DNA of 32,000 nt, taken from NCBI RefSeq assembly GCF_000012285.1, contig NC_007181.1, forward strand, positions 2,100,001 to 2,132,000, written 5' to 3'. The first letter of the stretch is position 1. The number at the start of each line of letters is the position of its first letter. Made by a program: the position numbers and the translations under genes. The stretch comes from Sulfolobus acidocaldarius DSM 639 (GTDB lineage: Archaea > Thermoproteota > Thermoprotei_A > Sulfolobales > Sulfolobaceae). Below are positions 9,155 to 17,693 of this stretch, in pieces. The notes under the pieces were generated by a model. The model did not search any database. It was not told where the DNA came from and saw nothing but the letters and a program-made list of their open reading frames with translations.

Positions 9155-10549
9155 ATGAGCATTGATAAGATGGTTGACAGATTCAGAGAGAATTTAGAGA
9201 AATATAAGAGAATGGGATTAAATCCTTTGTCTTTGGCAACAGGTTGTGCAGTGAAGGTTGACCTTATTGACACTGTATACCCAGCAATAAGTAAGATAAG
9301 ACCTGCATTAGAGAAACTGAATATAGAGATAACTCCAAGGGAAGATGCAGACATATTTATCTCAAGAAAGTTGACCACGAGAAAGAGGATAATCAACTCA
9401 GGTGAATTTGATGCCGATAGAGCAGTAGCCCTAATCCAGGTTAATCAGAACACTGCAAGTAGCCCAGAAAAATTTGGGGAGTTTCTACTGAGAGTGTACA
9501 CTTCAATTAAAACTAATAGGAAACTGACAATAGGCAAAGGGCATTCCATAGTGACCACAAATCCCAAAGGTGAGGTGGCAGTGCTGGATTTATTCAAATT
9601 AGACGGGGATAAGGAAAACTCATACACTGTCACAAACAATGATACAATTCAGATCGTGGATCCTCTGGACGATCCAGGATCCCAGGTTCAAGTTGATGTA
9701 GCTATTTCGAACTCCTTAAATGATCTGTTTACTAAGGGGGTCTTTCAGGATATTAAGATTGTTCCTGTGGTTGATGCTCCTTTAGAGGAGTTAAGGACAA
9801 AACTCCTGGAGAACTACAAAGTATTCTCTGAGAAATATTCATTTGAGATGGAAAATGATATTCAGCCTAAAGTAGGTACATTAATGATTGGGGCAACGGT
9901 TATAGGTAAGTCTGATCACGAATTGCCAACTTTTTATAATAACGTGAACGAGAAAATGGAAATTCTAGTTACGAGACCAGTAGGTGAATTAACTCCCATA
10001 AACTTATCCATGTGGATATTAGCGGTTCCTGAACTAGTAGAAGAACTTGAGAAGAGAGGAATTACCATAAAGAGGGTTGAAGATGCTAAGAGAAAGGCAT
10101 TAGATTACATGAAGAAACCTAATATTGACGTGGCGAAAACCATTTACAATTACTTACCTCCCTTTGGAAAACAGTTTGATGAGAAAAGTCACATAGCTAT
10201 TACTACTGATGTCACAGGACCTGGCTTATTTGTAGTTAAGGAGTTTGCTAAAAAGGCGAATGTTGACGTCGAAATAACTGACATTCCAGTAATCGATTCA
10301 GATATTCATGAGTTCTCAACAGAGAATTTTATAATACCAAATTCTACTGCTGGAACTAATGGTGCTATAGTCATATTCGCCCACAATGATGTGATAAACC
10401 AGTTATATGAAGATCTGAAGAAGATAGGGCAAGAACCAAGGGTTATAGGTAAGGTGATACGTAGAGGAGATGGTATTGTATACGCACCACAAATAGTTAC
10501 AAAATACATTCATAGGGCTAATGTACTTAAGGAGTTTAAGTTAAAGTAA
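9155..10549 (+). CDS. SelD-like (selenophosphate synthetase-related) PurM-superfamily ATPase, atypical
   Basis: 464 aa. The N-terminal loop A-T-G-C31-A-V-K34-V has the Cys-x2-Lys spacing of E. coli SelD (Cys17/Lys20). Core matches read by eye are [28 protein letters not shown] (SelD: [23 protein letters not shown]), TDVTGPGLF (SelD: TDVTGFGLL) and [11 protein letters not shown] (SelD: QTSGGLLLAV). It is about 100 aa longer than bacterial SelD. Confidence 0.7.
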   Translation: MSIDKMVDRFRENLEKYKRMGLNPLSLATGCAVKVDLIDTVYPAISKIRPALEKLNIEITPREDADIFISRKLTTRKRIINSGEFDADRAVALIQVNQNTASSPEKFGEFLLRVYTSIKTNRKLTIGKGHSIVTTNPKGEVAVLDLFKLDGDKENSYTVTNNDTIQIVDPLDDPGSQVQVDVAISNSLNDLFTKGVFQDIKIVPVVDAPLEELRTKLLENYKVFSEKYSFEMENDIQPKVGTLMIGATVIGKSDHELPTFYNNVNEKMEILVTRPVGELTPINLSMWILAVPELVEELEKRGITIKRVEDAKRKALDYMKKPNIDVAKTIYNYLPPFGKQFDEKSHIAITTDVTGPGLFVVKEFAKKANVDVEITDIPVIDSDIHEFSTENFIIPNSTAGTNGAIVIFAHNDVINQLYEDLKKIGQEPRVIGKVIRRGDGIVYAPQIVTKYIHRANVLKEFKLK

Positions 10550-10752
10550 AGTATATATATTTCTACTTATACATATTTTATACAATGTGAGTTAAAAAAT
10601 TTACGTTGAAAAATAATTAGGAGAAGCAGTAATACTCCTGAAAAGAGTTGAGTTCGTCCACATTTTTCAATGTAGATTTTTCACAAATTTATGCTTTAGA
10701 AGTTAAAAATATTTTAATGATTAAATAAATACTTATGAATATATTATAAAAT

Positions 10753-11598
10753 GTGTATCCGCCGGAGTTTAGTTATGTAAGGGCAGAAAGCCTGCAAGAA
10801 GCTCTAAAATTCCTGGAAGGAAACGATAACACTAGACCACTAGCTGGTGGACAGAGCCTAATCCCTATGTTAAAACTGAGAGTTCTGTCACCTGATTATA
10901 TACTAGATATTAACAGGCTCAATGAACTGAATTACGTAAAGACAAGCCTAAATGGCGTAAGTATTGGAGCTCTGACCAGATATCACGACATATTGAGTAA
11001 CGATATTGTGAAATCTAAAGTACCACTAATGCATCATGCGACAAGAACAATAGGAGACATGCAAGTTAGAAATATGGGAACAATAGGTGGGGCAATTTCT
11101 AATGCAGACCCTGCATCTGATATGCCAGTCGTATTAACTGCATTAAATGCAACCATTATTCTTTCCTCAGCTTCAGGAAGCAGATCTGTGAAAGCCCTTG
11201 ATTTCTTTAAGGGACCATTTACAACAGACACGAATAAAGGAGAATTGGTAACTCAGATTGAGGTTCCAGTATTAGACGGGTATAAGACTGTATACAAAAA
11301 AGTTGTAAGGAGAGCCGGAGACTATGCCCTGGCTTCAGTTGCACTAGCAATCAAATTAAAGGGAAATGAGATAGAGGATATTAAATTAGCCTATGGAGGA
11401 GTTCATGATAAACCATTCAGAGCCATGGAAGTTGAAAAGAATGTGATTGGAAAGAAGTTGAACGATGACTTAGTGAAAGATATTGCAAGTAAAGTTTCTA
11501 GTCAAATAAATCCTCCCTCCGATCACAGGGGAAGTTCCTGGTATAGGAGGGAAGTTGTGAAAGTTCTAACCATGAAGGCATTTAAGGAGGTGGCTTAA
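10753..11598 (+). CDS. cutB: Molybdenum hydroxylase FAD-binding medium subunit (CoxM/CutB type)
   Basis: The N-terminus [33 protein letters not shown] and [15 protein letters not shown] are the hallmarks of this subunit. GTG start, with the TATA-like TTAAATAAAT (10721..10730) centred about 27 nt upstream. Confidence 0.9.
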   Translation: MYPPEFSYVRAESLQEALKFLEGNDNTRPLAGGQSLIPMLKLRVLSPDYILDINRLNELNYVKTSLNGVSIGALTRYHDILSNDIVKSKVPLMHHATRTIGDMQVRNMGTIGGAISNADPASDMPVVLTALNATIILSSASGSRSVKALDFFKGPFTTDTNKGELVTQIEVPVLDGYKTVYKKVVRRAGDYALASVALAIKLKGNEIEDIKLAYGGVHDKPFRAMEVEKNVIGKKLNDDLVKDIASKVSSQINPPSDHRGSSWYRREVVKVLTMKAFKEVA

Positions 11599-11600
11599 AG

Positions 11601-12092
11601 GTGTTAGTTGTTAAGAAAGGAGAAGGGGTAAAAGTAAGAGTAAGAGTAAACGGAGTATGGTATGAAAAGTATGTGAGCCCGAGAACACTACTAGTGGATT
11701 TCATAAGAGATGAGTTAGGTCTAACGGGGACTAAAGTTGGCTGTGATACAACGACCTGTGGTGCGTGTACAGTAATAATGAATGGTAAATCAGTTAAATC
11801 CTGTACAGTCTTGGCTGCACAGGCTGATGGTGCAGAAATAACAACAATTGAAGGTTTATCAAGTGATTCCAAGTTACACCCAATTCAAGAAGCTTTTAAA
11901 GACAACTTTGCACTACAATGTGGATTCTGTACTGCTGGTATGATTATGCAAACTTACTTCTTCCTAAAGGAGCACCCAAATCCCACAGAAGAGGAGGTAA
12001 GGGATGGGATACACGGTAATATTTGTAGATGCACAGGTTATCAGAATATAGTTAAAGCTGTTCTAGATGCTTCCAAGAGGTTGAGATCATGA
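11601..12092 (+). CDS. cutC: Molybdenum hydroxylase [2Fe-2S] small subunit (CoxS/CutC type)
   Basis: Two 2Fe-2S motifs: C-x4-C-x2-C...C ([12 protein letters not shown]...SC) and CGFCTAGM...CRCTGY. The GTG start lies 9 nt after a strong GGAGGTG Shine-Dalgarno site (11586..11592). Confidence 0.9.
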
Positions 12093-14335
12093 CCTACACG
12101 GGTAAATCCATAAAAAGATTAAACGACGACAAATTCATCACAGGAAGAAGTAACTATATTGATGATATAAAAATACCGTCCCTTTATGCAGGCTTTGTGA
12201 GAAGTCCATATCCCCATGCTATCATAAAGAGAATAGACGCTACTGATGCTCTGAAAGTCAACGGGATTGTGGCTGTATTTAGTGGTAAAGATATCAATCC
12301 AATGTTGAAAGGTGGTGTTGGAGTACTTTCAGCATATGTAAACCCAAGTCTATTCAGGTTTAAGGAGAGGAAGGCGTTTCCAGAAGATAACAAAGTAAAA
12401 TATGTTGGAGAACCTGTAGCAATAGTGATTGGACAAGATAAGTATGCTGTTAGAGATGCTATTGACAGAGTGAATGTAGAATATGAACAATTAAAGCCAG
12501 TAATAAAAATGGAGGATGCTGAGAAAGATGAAGTAATAGTTCATGATGAGCTGAAAACCAATGTGTCCTATAAGATACCGTTTAAGGCAGGAGATATTGA
12601 GAAAGCGTTTAGTCAAGCTGATAAAGTAGTGAAAGTTGAGGCAATAAATGAGAGACTAATTCCAAACCCAATGGAGCCAAGAGGTATTCTCTCAGTTTAT
12701 GATGGAAATTCACTTTCAGTGTGGTATTCTACACAAGTACCACATTTTGCACGTAGTGAGTTTGCTAGAATTTTTGGAATACCTGAAACTAAGATAAGGG
12801 TAGCAATGCCTGATGTAGGTGGGGCATTCGGTAGTAAAGTTCACATTATGGCAGAAGAGTTAGCAGTAATTGCATCCTCGATATTGCTAAGAAGACCTGT
12901 AAGGTGGACAGCAACAAGAAGTGAGGAGATGTTAGCAAGTGAAGCTAGAAGTAATGTGTTTACCGGAGAAGTCGCAGTAAAGAAAGACGGAACTGTCTTA
13001 GGTATCAAGGGTAAACTATTGCTCGATCTAGGCGCCTACCTCACGCTAACCGCAGGAATCCAACCTACTATTATACCCGTAATGATACCTGGACCATACA
13101 AGGTTCGTGACCTGGAGATAGAGAGCACAGCAGTTTACACTACAACTCCTCCAATAACCATGTATAGAGGAGCTAGCAGACCTGAGGCTACATATATAAT
13201 TGAGAGAATAATGAGCACTGTTGCAGACGAGTTAGGTCTAGATGACGTGACAATCAGGGAAAGGAATCTCATTGACCAGTTACCATATACTAATCCATTT
13301 GGACTGAGGTATGATACAGGAGACTACATAAGAGTGTTCAAAGATGGTGTAGCTAAGCTAGAATATAATGAGCTAAGAAAATGGGCTCAGCAAGAAAGAA
13401 GTAAAGGACATAGGGTAGGAGTTGGACTAGCGTTCTATCTAGAGATATGTAGCTTTGGTCCCTGGGAATATGGCGAGATTAAGGTAGACAATAAAGGAAA
13501 TGTGTTAGTAATAACTGGAACTACTCCTCATGGTCAAGGGACTGAAACTGCTATAGCTCAAATAGTCGCTGATGCGTTACAAATACCCATAGAGAAAATA
13601 AGAGTTGTATGGGGAGATACCGATATTGTAGAAGGTAGTTTTGGAACATATGGCTCAAGGTCACTAACTATAGGTGGCTCAGCTGCGTTAAAGGTTGCTG
13701 AAAGAGTCTTAGATAAAATGAAGAGGGCTGCAGCTAGCTACTTTAACGCTGATGTACAGGAGATAAGATATGAAAACGAAGAATTCTCGGTGAAGAATGA
13801 TCCAAGTAAGAAAGCAAGTTGGGATGAGATAGCCAGCTTAGCTACAACAAAAGAACCTATAGTAGAGAAGATATATTATGAAAATGACGTTACATTCCCA
13901 TATGGTGTTCACGTAGCTGTAGTTGAGGTTGACGACTTAGGAATGGCCAGAGTAGTAGAGTATAGGGCTTATGACGATATAGGTAAAGTCATTAACCCAG
14001 CCTTGGCAGAGGCACAAATACATGGCGGAGGAGTTCAAGGAGTAGGACAAGCATTATACGAGAAGGCTATAATTAACGAAAACGGTCAACTAAGTGTAAC
14101 TTATGCAGACTATTATGTTCCCACTGCTGTAGAGGCTCCAAGATTTATATCTTACTTCGCAGATAAATCTCACCCATCCAATTACCCAACAGGAACCAAA
14201 GGCGTTGGAGAGGCTGCTTTAATTGTGGGACCTGCAGCTATCATAAGGGCTATTGAAGATGCAGTAGGCGCAAGATTTACAAAAACGCCAACTCCTCCAG
14301 AGGAAATCTATAAAGCGATTATGAGTAAAAAGTAA
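12089..14335 (+). CDS. cutA: Molybdopterin-binding large subunit of an aldehyde-oxidoreductase-type molybdenum hydroxylase (CoxL/CutA type)
   Basis: 748 aa with GGAFGSK, an active-site loop [10 protein letters not shown] (not the AYRCSFR of true CO dehydrogenase) and C-terminal KGVGEAA. ATGA overlap with cutC. The three-subunit composition matches the glyceraldehyde oxidoreductase described from Sulfolobus, but the substrate is not determinable here. Confidence 0.9.
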
Positions 14336-14358
14336 AAAATTTCAGTTGAATATATATT

Positions 14359-14370
14359 ATTTCTTTTTTT
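14359..14370 (+). terminator. Oligo-T terminator candidate after cutA
   Basis: ATTTCTTTTTTT, with a T7 run at 14364..14370, lies about 25 nt after the cutA stop. Confidence 0.4.
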
Positions 14371-14623
14371 CCTACCCTTCTTATTATAACCTAAAGGATG
14401 GTTATGGCTCTATTTCCCTTATTCTCACTTCAAACCACATGTTTTACATAAAAGAACCCAAATTTACTTTTCAGGATAACTCAGTCTAAAGTCCAGTTCT
14501 ACGACAAAGTTCTTTTCTCTTACTGATAAGAGAGTAATTTGAAATAATTCTTTTCTTTTATCCACTCCTAATTGATAATAAAAACACTTAAATACTCTCC
14601 ATCATCATATATTATTGATCCTT

Positions 14624-15058
14624 ATGGCAGACATAAAAAATAGTAAAACTGCAGAAAACTTAAGGCACGCATTTATGGGAGAAGCAATGGCAAACAGAAG
14701 ATACCTATTCTTCGCCAAGACTGCTGATGAAGAAGGATATCCTGAATTAGCTCAATTAATGAGAAGTATAGCTGAAGGTGAAACAGCCCACGCATTCGGA
14801 CATTTAGACTACATAAAACAAGGAGGAATTGGTGATCCAGCCACAGACAAACCAATAAGGACATTAGAAGAAATGTTACAATCTGCAATAGCTGGAGAGA
14901 CTTACGAATGGACACAGATGTACCCTGGTTATGCAAAGCAAGCTAGAGAAGAGGGATTTGAAGACGTTGCAGAGTGGTTCGAGACTTTAGCAAGAGCTGA
15001 GAAGAGCCACGCAGAGAAATTCACCAAGGCTTTAGAGTTACTTAAGGGAGGCAAGTAA
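14624..15058 (+). CDS. Sulerythrin-type rubrerythrin (diiron four-helix bundle, no rubredoxin domain)
   Basis: About 144 aa with two E...E-x-x-H diiron motifs (GEAMANRRY/EGETAH and GETYEW/AEKSHAEKF) and no C-terminal CxxC rubredoxin module. The track start at 14615 is TTG; the ATG at 14624 gives MADIKNSKTAENL. The stop overlaps the next gene's start (TAATG at 15056..15060). Confidence 0.85.
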   Translation: MADIKNSKTAENLRHAFMGEAMANRRYLFFAKTADEEGYPELAQLMRSIAEGETAHAFGHLDYIKQGGIGDPATDKPIRTLEEMLQSAIAGETYEWTQMYPGYAKQAREEGFEDVAEWFETLARAEKSHAEKFTKALELLKGGK

Positions 15059-16251
15059 TGTATACTTTAAATCCAAGTAATCCTTCTTTTTTTAATTCTG
15101 AGAAATTATACTCTGAATTCATTAGACAAGCAACAGTTTGTCATGGCTGTAGAATGTGTGTAAACTATTGTGATTCCTTCCCTGTATTGTTTAAAAAAAT
15201 CGACAGTAAAGAACAGGATCTAAACAAGCTTACCCTGGATGACTTATTTGACGTTGCGTCAAAGTGTTTCCACTGTAAACTTTGTTATGTGAATTGCCCC
15301 TATGTCCCCCCACATGAATTTAACATGGATTTTCCCAGCCTAATGGAATGGGCTTGGTTATATTACAAGAGCAAAACTGGACTCAGAATTAAAGATTACA
15401 TGTTTGAAATGTTGGATGCAACCAACTTAGCAAGACCTTTAGTGAAACATTTAATGCAAAAAGGAAAAGAAGTTCTTGGACTACATAAAGACGCCCCCAC
15501 TTTGCCCGTTTCTGAAAAAGGTTTGAAGGAAAAAGTTAAGCCCAAGAAAATAGAAAATCCCAAGGCTAAAGTTGCACTATTCACTACTTGCCTTGTGGAT
15601 AACTTCTTTACAGATATAGGTGAAGATCTAATAGAAGTCTATAACTCTTTAGGTATAGAAGTTATAATACCTAACTTTTTGTGTTGCGGTGCTCCAATGC
15701 TTGATGCTGGAGATGTTAACAGACTAAAGAAGAATGCAGAACATAATATGAAATTAATTGAAGAGCTTGTGAATAAGGGCTATGACATTGTTGTACCGAT
15801 CCCTACATGTGCTCTAATGATCAAAGAATACCATAGGGTTCTTGATAAAAAAGTACCTAAAGTTTATGACTCTATTGAGTATCTACAAAAGCTGAAAAAT
15901 GAGGGCAAAATTGAATTAAATGCCAAATTTGACAAGACCATATACTATCATCCACCTTGCCATTTAAAGTACTTGCAAGTTGGTCTGCCAGGACCACGAT
16001 TACTTAGAACTCTAGGAGCCAAGGTCGAGATATCAAATAAGGGCTGTTCAGGGATTGACGGAGGATGGGGTTTAAGGAATTACGATACAGCTAGAAGAGT
16101 TGGAAGTAAAATGATGGAGTCGTTTAAGCAAAGTAAAGCTGATGTATTCATGACTGAGTGCCCACTTGCTGGGCTTCAAATTGAAAAAGCCTCTAATAAG
16201 AGGCCGTTACATCCTATACAGTTATTAAAGGAGGCGATGAAAAACGGTTAA
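15058..16251 (+). CDS. Fe-S oxidoreductase with two 4Fe-4S ferredoxin motifs and CCG domains (HdrD/GlcF/GlpC-like)
   Basis: CHGCRMCVNYC and CFHCKLCYVNCP are both C-x2-C-x2-C-x3-C motifs. There is a CCG motif (NFLCCGAP) and a second Cys-rich domain (HPPCH...GCSG...ECP). A GGGAGG Shine-Dalgarno site lies upstream. Confidence 0.8.
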   Translation: MYTLNPSNPSFFNSEKLYSEFIRQATVCHGCRMCVNYCDSFPVLFKKIDSKEQDLNKLTLDDLFDVASKCFHCKLCYVNCPYVPPHEFNMDFPSLMEWAWLYYKSKTGLRIKDYMFEMLDATNLARPLVKHLMQKGKEVLGLHKDAPTLPVSEKGLKEKVKPKKIENPKAKVALFTTCLVDNFFTDIGEDLIEVYNSLGIEVIIPNFLCCGAPMLDAGDVNRLKKNAEHNMKLIEELVNKGYDIVVPIPTCALMIKEYHRVLDKKVPKVYDSIEYLQKLKNEGKIELNAKFDKTIYYHPPCHLKYLQVGLPGPRLLRTLGAKVEISNKGCSGIDGGWGLRNYDTARRVGSKMMESFKQSKADVFMTECPLAGLQIEKASNKRPLHPIQLLKEAMKNG

Positions 16252-16345
16252 GTTAAGTGTAGAAGAATTCCTTCCATGGAAAGAGTATGAAAAGGTAAGG
16301 AGAGAGAGAGTTAAAAGGATAGTTGAAATAAAGAAGATAAGAAGA

Positions 16346-16822
16346 GTGAGTTTAGGAGATAGATTATCATTACTATTTGAGAACAGAGACACAGTAGCGC
16401 ACCAAATACAGGAGATGATATATCTAGATAAGTTATATAAGAAGGAGGATATTCTCAGGGAAATACAGGTCTACTCTACGCTGTTACCATGCAACGGAAA
16501 ACTTAAGGCTACACTCTATATTCATGCATATGACTTCAAGGACTTAGACTGGGTATTTGACAATCTAGGTGGAATTTATAATGAGGTTTACCTGAAAGTG
16601 GGAAGTAAATTAATACAAGGGGAGCCTGAGGGAGGGAGGGAACAGGGTAGAGAGTTCTCAACGGTTCAATACCTGATTTTTGATCTTCAGGGAGAAAAGA
16701 GTACAGATATGGAGTTACAAGTACTTCACAAGAACTACAAATACACAGTGAAACTGGATAAGAAACTAGCAGAGGACTTGATTAAAGACGCCTATGAAGT
16801 TTGTGAGCAAGTTATAGGTTAA
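16346..16822 (+). CDS. DUF3501-like protein (as called from the GTG; conserved-looking N-terminus lies upstream without a start codon)
   Basis: 158 aa from the GTG at 16346. The same frame is open from 16241 and encodes a further 35 residues (KTVKLSVEEFLPWKEYEKVRRERVKRIVEIKKIRR) that match my recollection of DUF3501 N-termini. It is the third gene of the rubrerythrin / Fe-S / DUF3501 string. Confidence 0.65.
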   Translation: MSLGDRLSLLFENRDTVAHQIQEMIYLDKLYKKEDILREIQVYSTLLPCNGKLKATLYIHAYDFKDLDWVFDNLGGIYNEVYLKVGSKLIQGEPEGGREQGREFSTVQYLIFDLQGEKSTDMELQVLHKNYKYTVKLDKKLAEDLIKDAYEVCEQVIG

Positions 16823-16826
16823 TAAC

Positions 16827-16836
16827 TTTTTATTTT
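16827..16836 (+). terminator. Oligo-T terminator candidate after the DUF3501 gene
   Basis: TTTTTATTTT starts 5 nt after the TAA at 16820..16822, in a 16-bp convergent gap. Confidence 0.4.
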
Positions 16837-16838
16837 GG

Positions 16839-17393
16839 TTACAACCAATCTATTTTCCTTAAGTAAATTGTTAATGCAATTCCTAAAAGTACTAAAAGTA
16901 CTAAAGACAAACCAAAGTATGGCGAGTTAAGGTTAGACGGTAAGTCGTTAAAACTTATCGCCAGTATACTTGCTACCGCGGTTATGGGCAAGAATATGAA
17001 TGAGATAGAGGTCAATTTTTTTATCACTATGTTCAAATCGTTCTGTATTTCAGTCAAGTATATGTTGTATAACTCAGATTCCCTTGTGATCAAGATTTCG
17101 GCTCTATCATAAGCAAATAGACAGTCGTCCTCCACTTCCTTATCTAGAAACTTAGATAGTTTCTTTGAAAGATAGTAGAGGGCTGAAGAATCTGAGTACA
17201 ATGTAATAATCTCTGACCTAACCTGATTTATCTCAGATGTTGATTTAACATTCCCATCTGTTATGTTCTTAAGCAAACTTTCTAGTTTCTTATTAACTTC
17301 TATCCTCCTAGTACCTAATTCATAGAGTAGACCATAGACCAGTGACTTCATGACAGAATTTACTGTACATTCTTCAACCTCACCTTCATTCAC
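16839..17393 (-). CDS. CorA-like divalent-cation channel homologue, short, with a degenerate GMN motif (possible pseudogene)
   Basis: The C-terminus IKKLTSISFIFLPITAVASILAISFNDLPS...LVLLVLLGIALTIYLRKIDWL parallels CorA TM1-loop-TM2 (…IFLPLTFIAGIYGMNF…KKKWL), but A-I-S replaces G-M-N. It is only 184 aa from a GTG start. The frame stays open upstream, and a short ATG-initiated ORF lies one frame off (see findings). Confidence 0.55.
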   Translation of the reverse strand: MNEGEVEECTVNSVMKSLVYGLLYELGTRRIEVNKKLESLLKNITDGNVKSTSEINQVRSEIITLYSDSSALYYLSKKLSKFLDKEVEDDCLFAYDRAEILITRESELYNIYLTEIQNDLNIVIKKLTSISFIFLPITAVASILAISFNDLPSNLNSPYFGLSLVLLVLLGIALTIYLRKIDWL

Positions 17394-17693
17394 TAGCTTA
17401 ACTAAGAACTCAGAGTGAAACAGTATTTTCTCATTGGTTATAGTTAGATAGTGAGGCTTCCCATCGAAGTCAATTCTAACATAATAGGAACCATTTTCAC
17501 GGATTACCCTATAGATGTCACAACATCGTCCTTTGGAAAGTCAGAGTGCAGTTCGGATACTGCGAAATTACATACCATAAAATCACATTAGAGAAGAATA
17601 TTATAAAAAATATAATCCAATATTCTTAACGCTAACTTACTGTTAAATTTGAGATGATATAACGATTTAAACAATAATTATAAATTATAAGGC

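Noticed and set aside
8686-10509. ORFs 8686..8877 (+), 9133..9396 (-), 9445..9639 (-) and 10306..10509 (-)
   Set aside because: All are antisense to the rhodanese or SelD-like genes. 9133..9396 would run through the SelD-like promoter and start. None has a recognisable motif or initiation signal.
9155-10549. Evidence for selenocysteine recoding (in-frame TGA) in the SelD-like or neighbouring genes
   Set aside because: All ORFs here are uninterrupted. The SelD-like catalytic position is a TGT Cys codon (9245..9247). Nothing in the window requires Sec decoding.
11034-12393. Minus-strand ORFs 11034..11231, 11582..11872 and 12184..12393 inside cutB, cutC and cutA
   Set aside because: They are shadow ORFs opposite strongly supported molybdenum hydroxylase subunits.
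10753-14335. Calling the three-subunit enzyme an aerobic CO dehydrogenase (CoxMSL)
   Set aside because: The large subunit has MYRGASR instead of the form-I CODH active-site loop AYRCSFR. No coxDEF-type accessory genes are present. An aldehyde or other hydroxylase is more consistent with what is known for Sulfolobus.
14673-15584. Minus-strand ORFs 14673..14936 and 15396..15584
   Set aside because: They are antisense to the rubrerythrin and the Fe-S oxidoreductase and carry no supporting signals.
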